From NCBI GenBank assembly GCA_963662315.1, contig OY759353.1:3584001-3648000 (forward strand): a DNA stretch of 64,000 nt, given 5' to 3'. A model generated the notes under the pieces. It ran no database searches and was not told where the DNA came from. It saw nothing but the letters and a program-made list of their open reading frames with translations. A program made the translations under genes and the position numbers. This document shows, piece after piece, positions 56,848-64,000 of the stretch. Origin of the DNA: Geopsychrobacteraceae bacterium (GTDB lineage: Bacteria > Desulfobacterota > Desulfuromonadia > Desulfuromonadales > Geopsychrobacteraceae). Position 1 is the stretch's first letter, and each line of letters begins with the position of its first letter.

Positions 56848-58677
56848 ATGTGTGGAATTGTCGGATTCAGTCATACCGGTGGCGATCAGGAGAATCTACT
56901 AAGGCGGATGCGTGATAGCCTGGCTCATCGAGGACCGGACGAGGCTGGCAGTTTTTGTGACCAGCGCGTCGCGCTTGGCCATCGACGGCTGTCCATTGTT
57001 GATTTGAAGAGTGGTCAGCAACCTATGAGTGATGCCGGGGACCGGCTGGTTCTGGTCTACAACGGTGAAATCTACAATCATCAGGAGTTGCGTAAAGAGC
57101 TCGGCGAAGAATTGTTTAAAACCGATTGTGACACCGAAGTTCTCCTTTATGCCTATCTGCGTTGGGGGCATGAGTGTCTATCAAGACTCAATGGCATGTT
57201 TGCCTTTGCTCTCTATGATAAAGAATGCGGGCAGCTGTTTATAGCGCGTGACCGCATGGGGCAAAAGCCGCTTTATTATACCTTTGATAACCAAGGTGAG
57301 TTGCTGTTTTCTTCAGAGGCAAAAGCGCTGTTTTGTCACCCGGGAGCAACTAAAAAATTATCTCAGCAGGGCCTCAGATCATACCTGATAAATGATTATC
57401 TGCCGGTTCCTCTGACTATTTTTGAGGGAGTCTATAAGCTGGCGGGTGGCGAATACCTGGTCTTTGATCTCGCTACAAAAGGACTAACCCGCAATCGCTA
57501 CTGGCAGAGTGACTTTTGTTCTACGGGTAAAGACAGTGGTGCTGGAGCGGAACAAGAATTTCTTGACCGCCTTCAGAACGCGGTCGAAAAGCGCTTGATG
57601 GCCGATGTTCCCCTAGGCATTTTTTTAAGCGGAGGCATTGATTCTTCCACCATTGCCGCTCTGGCCTGCCGCAGTCGGCCCGCACATCAGGTCAAAACCT
57701 TTTCGATAAGTTTTGCTGAACGTTCTTATGATGAGTCTGATTATGCACAATATGTTGCCAGGTTTCTCGGCACCGATCATCATGTCGCTGCTTTTTCAGC
57801 AGATACCATGCTGCAGCTGCTACCGGAAGCCCTGAACACTCTCGATGAACCGTTTGCCGATCCATCCTATTTGCCAACTCTGTTACTTAGTCGCTTCGCA
57901 CGCGAGCATGTTACTGTCGCTCTCGGCGGCGATGGGGCCGATGAGTTGTTTGCCGGTTATCCGACCTTTCTCCCTTACCAGGTGACTTCGGCCTGGCAGC
58001 TGCCCATGCCTGTGGTCAAAAGCTTGGCCTGGTGCGCCGAGCGCTTGCCGGTGTGCTATGATAACCTGACATTTGAATACAAGCTGAAACGGTTTGTGCG
58101 CGGACTGGCCTTCCCGGGGTTTTCCAGGATCAGTGCCTGGCAAGGGTCGTTTACTCCGGCAGAGGTGGAAAATTTACTGCAGGGAGATTTGCCCCCAGAG
58201 GATAAGCAAGAAGATTATCTCAATATTTTCGATTACTATCAGAGAACGTATCTACCGGAGAACATTCTTTACAAGGTCGACAGAGCGAGCATGGCCTGCT
58301 CATTAGAGGTTCGGTCACCATTTCTCGATGTGGATTTTGTTGAGTACGCCAATGCGTTACCGTCTCGTTGTAAATTGAAAGGTTTCCAGGGGAAAAAGTT
58401 GTTCCGGAAAGCGGTGAGGACACTCCTGCCGGAAGACATTATCAGGCGGCCTAAAAAAGGTTTTGGCATCCCTTTGGCCCAATGGTTTACAGGACCGCTT
58501 AAGGATGAATTGCAACAAGTTCTTTGTGCGCAGGAGATCCGCAGACAAGGGTTGTTTGACTGGCCGTTGGTTGAACAATTGTTGACGGATCTGTTTGAAC
58601 GCAAGCGCAATACGGCTAAGGAGCTCTGGGCTCTTTATGTTTTTCAGAAATGGCATGCTTCGGAGTTTGGCGGATGA
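56848..58677 (+). CDS. asnB: Asparagine-synthase-like glutamine amidotransferase (polysaccharide-locus type)
   Basis: MCGIVG, HRGPD, HRRLSIVD, NGEIYN, LSGGIDSS, GGDGADELFAGY, KVDRASM. Confidence 0.93.
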   Translation: MCGIVGFSHTGGDQENLLRRMRDSLAHRGPDEAGSFCDQRVALGHRRLSIVDLKSGQQPMSDAGDRLVLVYNGEIYNHQELRKELGEELFKTDCDTEVLLYAYLRWGHECLSRLNGMFAFALYDKECGQLFIARDRMGQKPLYYTFDNQGELLFSSEAKALFCHPGATKKLSQQGLRSYLINDYLPVPLTIFEGVYKLAGGEYLVFDLATKGLTRNRYWQSDFCSTGKDSGAGAEQEFLDRLQNAVEKRLMADVPLGIFLSGGIDSSTIAALACRSRPAHQVKTFSISFAERSYDESDYAQYVARFLGTDHHVAAFSADTMLQLLPEALNTLDEPFADPSYLPTLLLSRFAREHVTVALGGDGADELFAGYPTFLPYQVTSAWQLPMPVVKSLAWCAERLPVCYDNLTFEYKLKRFVRGLAFPGFSRISAWQGSFTPAEVENLLQGDLPPEDKQEDYLNIFDYYQRTYLPENILYKVDRASMACSLEVRSPFLDVDFVEYANALPSRCKLKGFQGKKLFRKAVRTLLPEDIIRRPKKGFGIPLAQWFTGPLKDELQQVLCAQEIRRQGLFDWPLVEQLLTDLFERKRNTAKELWALYVFQKWHASEFGG

Positions 58678-59708
58678 AGAAAAAATTTGATGAACTCAGC
58701 CCTTATAAACTTGTCCATCATGACTGGCACAGGTCATATCCAGTGCATATTGAGATTGATCCTACCGCATTTTGTAATCAGGATTGCTTGCGCTGCTCTT
58801 ATAAACAGGAAATAGATGGTGCTCGTGACTATATTATTCAGCACCAGAAGTCCCAGCTGCCGCCCGAGCGTTTTCTTGAACTCATTGAGGAGTTTAGCTC
58901 CCTTGGCGTTCGTGCTCTGACGTTTTCCGGTGGAGGAGAGCCGTTATGTTACCCCCATATTGATGAGGTTGTGCGGGCAACACTGTCTGCTGGGATCAAA
59001 TTCGGTATCATCACCAATCTGGCCCTGAATATTAACGCAGAATTATTGAGCCAGGCGGTCTGGATCAGGGTCAGCCTGGATGCCGGAAGTGCAGAGACTT
59101 ATAACCTTTTGCACCGCCCCGGAAACACGGGCGCTTTTGATCTGGCGCTGAACAATATTCAGCAATTGACCTCACTGAATTCAGAGCTTGACCTCGGGGT
59201 TAATTATATTGTCCAGCCGGAGAACTTTGGAGAAATGTTTCAGGCTGCTCAGCAGGTAAAAGCTTTGGGCGCGCGCTATATTCGCTTTGTGCCTGCCATT
59301 GCTACCAATGCTATTGATTATTCCCAATACTGGGATGAAATATCAACTCAACAGGATCGGAGTACGCAGCTGATCGATGCTAAGTTCCATGTCTTTATCA
59401 TCAAGGAACGCTTTCAGGCTCTGGCGGCAAAACACAAAAATTACAGCTTCTGCCGCAAGCAGCAGATTCACCCTTTGATCGGTGCCGACGGCCAGCTTTA
59501 TCCCTGTTGTCTGCTGAAATACTATCCGCAGCATGCGCTGGGAAGTATTCATGGGCATACGTTCAAAGAGGTTTGGGATGGCGAACAACGTCGGCACTGG
59601 CTGGATCACCTTGACGTTGATCAATGCCCTCCCTGTTGGTTTGACCAAACCAATGAGTTTCTCGAATATCTCTATACCGAAAACCCCAAACATGTGGATT
59701 TTGTCTGA
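58674..59708 (+). CDS. Radical SAM enzyme with a SPASM/twitch domain
   Basis: CNQDCLRC (CxxxCxxC), SGGGEP, C-terminal C...GQLYPCC...GSI...CPPC. Confidence 0.92.
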   Translation: MKKKFDELSPYKLVHHDWHRSYPVHIEIDPTAFCNQDCLRCSYKQEIDGARDYIIQHQKSQLPPERFLELIEEFSSLGVRALTFSGGGEPLCYPHIDEVVRATLSAGIKFGIITNLALNINAELLSQAVWIRVSLDAGSAETYNLLHRPGNTGAFDLALNNIQQLTSLNSELDLGVNYIVQPENFGEMFQAAQQVKALGARYIRFVPAIATNAIDYSQYWDEISTQQDRSTQLIDAKFHVFIIKERFQALAAKHKNYSFCRKQQIHPLIGADGQLYPCCLLKYYPQHALGSIHGHTFKEVWDGEQRRHWLDHLDVDQCPPCWFDQTNEFLEYLYTENPKHVDFV

Positions 59709-60436
59709 TGAAGGCTTTGATTCTTGCTGCTGGCCGCGGCAAACGAATTGATGAAATCACCCGATTTCAAAACAAATGCATGGTGGAGATCAATGGCCAG
59801 CCTCTGCTCGAACATCATCTATGCCGAGCCGCAGAGCTTGATGTCAGTGAAATTATAATTGTCATTGGTTATCTTGGAGAGTCAATCCGCAGCTATTTCG
59901 GTGATTGTTTTCACAAGATCCCGGTTCGTTACATTCACCAGATCGAGCAGCACGGGCTTGTTCATGCGATTGAATGTGCACAAAATTATCTGACGGAAGA
60001 TTTCTTTCTCATGCTTGGGGATGAGTATTTTATTACCCCACGTCATAAGGAAATGGCGGCTGCTTTTTATCGTGAAGGGTATTTCGCTGTGTGTGGCGTT
60101 CTTGATGAGAATGATCCTGTCTCTATTCGCAAAACCTATTCTGTCATTGAAGATGAGAGTGGCCGTATTCATCGTCTGATCGAAAAACCCCGTAACCCTT
60201 TTACTGGGGTGAAAGGGACCGGAAACTGTATTTTTCGCAAAGAAATATTGAACTACATTCAATACACGCCGATTCACTATCTGCGTAAAGAAAAAGAGTT
60301 GCCCGGGCTTCTTCAGGAGGCCATCGATGATGGCGAACGGATTTTTTCATTCCGTTACTGCCAAAAATATCTCAACGTGAATCACTACGAAGAGCTGGAA
60401 AGGTTTGTCCATGAGCACTCCTTGTCCTTTGGTTAG
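59708..60436 (+). CDS. Sugar-1-phosphate nucleotidyltransferase
   Basis: KALILAAGRGKR..NKCM, LGD, IEKP. Confidence 0.9.
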   Translation: MKALILAAGRGKRIDEITRFQNKCMVEINGQPLLEHHLCRAAELDVSEIIIVIGYLGESIRSYFGDCFHKIPVRYIHQIEQHGLVHAIECAQNYLTEDFFLMLGDEYFITPRHKEMAAAFYREGYFAVCGVLDENDPVSIRKTYSVIEDESGRIHRLIEKPRNPFTGVKGTGNCIFRKEILNYIQYTPIHYLRKEKELPGLLQEAIDDGERIFSFRYCQKYLNVNHYEELERFVHEHSLSFG

Positions 60437-61310
60437 TATTGTTGTCTTGTCTTTCAATCGTCTTACCGATCTGCAGGAGACAGTGGAGTATTGTCGTCAT
60501 TATAGCTACCCCAATCTGGAGCTTATTGTTGTTGACAACGGATCGACAGATGGTTCTGCGGAGTATGTTGCAGGGTTGGAGGCACTGTTTCAGAAGGTCT
60601 TGCTGAAGACCAACACCGGCAGTGCGGAAGGTCATTCCGTTGGGATGCGACAGGCCAGAGGGAAGTATGTTATTACGATTGATGACGATGCCTTTGTTGA
60701 AGATCCGGCCATTTTCGGCATGGTGGAACTGTTCGAGCAATATCCCCAGTTGGCAGCTATCTCATTTAATTGCATCAACTATTCCCAGGAATATCAGCCC
60801 GGACAGGTGAAAACGACAGCGCGACAATACCCCTTTGAGCAAGTCAACGCGTCTTTTGATTTCTTCACCGAATCCTCCGCCGGTTTTCGTAAGGAAGCCC
60901 TTGCCGCAGTTGGTTATCACCAGTCTGAATTTTTTTATGGGGGGGAAGATACCGAATTAAGTATGCGCCTATTGGCTCATGATTACCGCATACTGAATAC
61001 ACCCAACCTCATTTCTTATCACAAAATTACCAATACCTACCGGGATGGACGCAGACTGACCAAAAACTCTATCCGAAATATTCTCTGGATGATTATTCAG
61101 TATACGCCGAGAGAACAACTGCTAAAGCATCTGGTTCGTTATCACTGGTACCTGGCCCTGGCAGTTGTGCAGAAAAAAGATAGGCTCTATCTGGAAGCCT
61201 GGAAGGAGGCGATGTTACTGTGTCTGCCTATGCTGAGGCGGCGCTGCCCTCTGGATAACCAGATCTATCAGAGGGTTAACTTTCCTTATCGCATGGCATT
61301 TTTATGGTAA
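60411..61310 (+). CDS. Glycosyltransferase family 2
   Basis: VSIVVLSFNR, VVDNGSTD, IDDD, GEDTELS. Confidence 0.9.
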   Translation: MSTPCPLVSIVVLSFNRLTDLQETVEYCRHYSYPNLELIVVDNGSTDGSAEYVAGLEALFQKVLLKTNTGSAEGHSVGMRQARGKYVITIDDDAFVEDPAIFGMVELFEQYPQLAAISFNCINYSQEYQPGQVKTTARQYPFEQVNASFDFFTESSAGFRKEALAAVGYHQSEFFYGGEDTELSMRLLAHDYRILNTPNLISYHKITNTYRDGRRLTKNSIRNILWMIIQYTPREQLLKHLVRYHWYLALAVVQKKDRLYLEAWKEAMLLCLPMLRRRCPLDNQIYQRVNFPYRMAFLW

Positions 61311-61813
61311 AAGTTCTGATCCTGAAAAACGGTCCCGTTGTTTTGCTGTCATATCTTCTTAATTTTATTGGCAAATCGTCCGATAAGGAGATCTGGATCT
61401 TAAGCCATGAGCATGCTGTGGAAAATGTTCGTGCTCTGCGCTATGCCAGCCGGGTTGTGCCGTATCGGGCTAAGACGATCCTCGAGTATCGCAATCTTAC
61501 ACCTGAACAGAAAAAGGAGCTGAAGGCTCAGCAGTTTCAGGCGGTTTACTTTCTGATCAACCCGGATCAGGCGACGGGTTTTGAAAACCTGCTGGAGATT
61601 GCGCGTCAAATAGTGGTTCCCGGGGGTAAAGTGATCGGCATGACCTCGCAAGGAGAAGAAAGGGTTTTCAGTTCGCGGCTACTTGAGCTGATTCGCAAGC
61701 GGCAGCTACTGAGTAATGTGCTGGCGGGCTACGTCTTAGTCGGACTGGCAGTAATTGCTCCGTGGTTATTGATATATTCGTTGTTTAAAATGCACGGTCG
61801 AAAAGGTGCTTGA
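61304..61813 (+). CDS. Hypothetical protein with a C-terminal membrane anchor
   Basis: Overlaps both neighbours in the operon; hydrophobic C-terminal helix. Confidence 0.7.
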   Translation: MVKVLILKNGPVVLLSYLLNFIGKSSDKEIWILSHEHAVENVRALRYASRVVPYRAKTILEYRNLTPEQKKELKAQQFQAVYFLINPDQATGFENLLEIARQIVVPGGKVIGMTSQGEERVFSSRLLELIRKRQLLSNVLAGYVLVGLAVIAPWLLIYSLFKMHGRKGA

Positions 61814-62985
61814 TGCAGATACCGACATCTTATCAAAAGAAAACTTGTGCGATCTGCCGCGATTCGGCGACCGAAGAATTGTTTAAGGTCTCAGGAGAAT
61901 ATTTGGAAAACGAGACCGGAGATAGTTTGACCCTCGATCTAAACTATGTGGTTTGTCGGGACTGTGGTTTGGTGTTTACTGATCCACAGTTGGTTGATGC
62001 GAGTTGGCTGGCTTTTTATCGCGGCTGCCGTAACGGTTCCAATCAGGGGGAAAGTGAAGAGAACCTGTTGGCTCGTTACAACAGCGGACCGATTCGTCTG
62101 AGTCGTCAGTATGTTGAAGCGGGGCAGAGCGTACTTGATATTGGGTGCGGTGGTGGCGAATTTCTTTTCTACTTGCGACATCATTGCCAGTGTCGCCCTT
62201 ATGGCCTGGAAGTCTCTGAAATTCTTGCTGCGCAGGCTCGACAGCGATTTGGGCTTAAGGTGTTCATCGGAGTTTTGAATCACGTGGAGCTACCGCTGCG
62301 CAAGTACGATGTGATTTCTTTGATTCATGTCCTGGAACACATGCAGGACCCTCAACGAGCACTACTTGAGTTGAAAGATTTTTTAACAGAGGATGGAGTG
62401 CTGATACTGGCGGTCCCCTCAGTTTTCAAACCGTTAGGTGGAATTCGTAATATTTATTCTTCACACAATACTCTGTTTTCACCTGTAACACTTGCCAGAC
62501 TTTGCACTTTGGCAGGTTTTGAAATTGTCGATCAGGATACAAGTGCCGATATTGTATTTATATTGCGCCAGGCAAAGGTTGCAACTCCCCAGGCTGCGGG
62601 CAGTGATTATGAAAAAGTAAAATCCTTTGTTCCAAGATATGTCAAAGAAAACCTGGCGCGGGTTGAGCTGGTCGAAAAACGTTTACACGGCTATCTGCGG
62701 CATTGGCGGCAACAGCAATCGCAAGTTTATATCTGGGGGGGCGGAGAACATACCCGCAAGCTTTTTCGTCAATTCGATTTCTCAGGGGTGAATCTGCTTG
62801 GTATCATTGATTCCGATCCTGGCTGTTGGGGGCAAAAATGTTGTGGTTTGCAGGTTGTCGCTCCCGAATCAGGCTGTCGACAAGCTGTAGAAATTTTAGT
62901 TTCTTCCAATGCTTTTGAACAGGAAATCAGCGCGACGATTCGGAAGTTGAATCCTGCGATAGAGATAAGGACTCTGTACCATTGA
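61813..62985 (+). CDS. Class I SAM-dependent methyltransferase with an N-terminal Zn-ribbon and C-terminal extra domain
   Basis: CAIC...CRDC, VLDIGCGGG, HVLEH, C-terminal IWGGGEHT domain. Confidence 0.88.
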   Translation: MQIPTSYQKKTCAICRDSATEELFKVSGEYLENETGDSLTLDLNYVVCRDCGLVFTDPQLVDASWLAFYRGCRNGSNQGESEENLLARYNSGPIRLSRQYVEAGQSVLDIGCGGGEFLFYLRHHCQCRPYGLEVSEILAAQARQRFGLKVFIGVLNHVELPLRKYDVISLIHVLEHMQDPQRALLELKDFLTEDGVLILAVPSVFKPLGGIRNIYSSHNTLFSPVTLARLCTLAGFEIVDQDTSADIVFILRQAKVATPQAAGSDYEKVKSFVPRYVKENLARVELVEKRLHGYLRHWRQQQSQVYIWGGGEHTRKLFRQFDFSGVNLLGIIDSDPGCWGQKCCGLQVVAPESGCRQAVEILVSSNAFEQEISATIRKLNPAIEIRTLYH

Positions 62986-62987
62986 GC

Positions 62988-64000
62988 ATGCTAACAAAAA
63001 AAATTCTGATGTTGGTTCCTTCCCCTTTTTTTGCCGACCGGGGTTGTCATGTGCGCATTTACGAGGAATTTAAGGCGTTGCGTAAACGAGGGCATCAGGT
63101 CCGTTTGCTGACCTATCATCTTGGTCGTGACCTGGCGGATGTCAAGGTTGACAGGACCATTAATGTTCCCTGGTACCGCAAGGAAGAAGCCGGTCCTTCG
63201 GTTCATAAGCTTTATCTTGATCTGTTTCTTCTGGCCAAGGCGTTATGGCTGATGGTGAGATTCAAGCCCGATCTTATTCACGCCCATCTGCATGAAGGAG
63301 CTTTTGTCGGCCGGATACTAGGGTTGCTGTTCAGAGTTCCCTTGGCGTTTGACTTTCAGGGGAGCTTGCTGGCTGAACTGCAGGATCATGGTGTCGCCCG
63401 GGGCGGGCTGCTGGCAAAGCTTGTTACTGTGGTAGAACGCTGGATAACCCGTGGTTGCGGTGTGGTCTTCACCAGTTCTGCCCAGGCGAAAGCGTTACTT
63501 CATGACTCTTTTGCCTGCCCTGCGTCACAGGTTGTAAATGTTCCTGATGGTATCGACCCACAGCGCAAGCCTGGGAATAGCACCGCGGTGAGGGCTTCTC
63601 TCGGTATCCCTGAATCGGCCAAGGTTGTCGTTTATATGGGGACCCTGAATCAATTGGAAGGCGCAGATTTACTGATCGACATTGCTGCTGAGGTGTGTCG
63701 TAAAACTGAACATGCCCATTTTCTGGTCATTGGTTACCCGAATGTTGATCACTATCGTCATTTGGCAGCCCTTAAGGATTTGTCGGCGCGGATGACATTT
63801 ACCGGGCGGGTTCCCCATGAGGAAACCTTCGCATTGCTTGGTTTGAGCGATGTTGCCATCTCCCCTAAAATCTCCCGGACCGAGGGGAATCTCAAGCTCT
63901 GTTACTACATGCAAAGTGGTTTGCCGACGGTTGTTTTTGATAACGATGTCAATCGTGAGCTGCTTGGGGAATATGGTTATTACGCCCCCGATCAGGACTG
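62988..64000 (+). CDS. Glycosyltransferase family 4 (runs off the window end)
   Basis: Manual translation from ATG 62988: MLTKKILMLVPSPFFADRGCHVRIYEE...PDLIHAHLHEG; no in-window stop, so absent from the ORF track. Confidence 0.85.
   Translation, partial: MLTKKILMLVPSPFFADRGCHVRIYEEFKALRKRGHQVRLLTYHLGRDLADVKVDRTINVPWYRKEEAGPSVHKLYLDLFLLAKALWLMVRFKPDLIHAHLHEGAFVGRILGLLFRVPLAFDFQGSLLAELQDHGVARGGLLAKLVTVVERWITRGCGVVFTSSAQAKALLHDSFACPASQVVNVPDGIDPQRKPGNSTAVRASLGIPESAKVVVYMGTLNQLEGADLLIDIAAEVCRKTEHAHFLVIGYPNVDHYRHLAALKDLSARMTFTGRVPHEETFALLGLSDVAISPKISRTEGNLKLCYYMQSGLPTVVFDNDVNRELLGEYGYYAPDQD

Overview
Chromosomal window from a bacterium that, by gene content and order, looks like a deltaproteobacterium of the Desulfuromonadales type (inference). 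Positions 1-14.8 kb hold mixed housekeeping and signalling genes: the 5' end of sucC, transaldolase, folK, glgC, an EamA transporter, a Cache-GGDEF cyclase, an MCP, a PAS-GGDEF-EAL protein and an orphan molybdopterin enzyme. Positions 15.0-51.0 kb are a near-complete flagellar cluster (TPR protein, flgBC, fliE-K, flgDE, motAB, fliL-R, flhBAFG, fliA, flgF-J, flgMNKL, csrA, fliW) with no fliC, fliD or fliS. From 51.1 kb to the end is a pseudaminic-acid-like glycosylation island with unusual tailoring enzymes. The most interesting items are: (1) a small flagellar-operon protein with a BECR-nuclease-like motif, followed directly by a two-hairpin element in the flgE leader; (2) a recurring GTC-N8-GAC FleQ-like box in front of several flagellar sub-operons; (3) a single-base frameshift in flgI inside a G4C4G4 tract; (4) GGA-loop hairpins over the csrA ribosome-binding site; (5) three small palindromic repeat families in flagellar intergenic spaces; and (6) a probable sigma28-driven uncharacterised protein upstream of flgM. 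No rRNA, tRNA, CRISPR array or transposase was seen. Family assignments come from motif recognition, not database searches.
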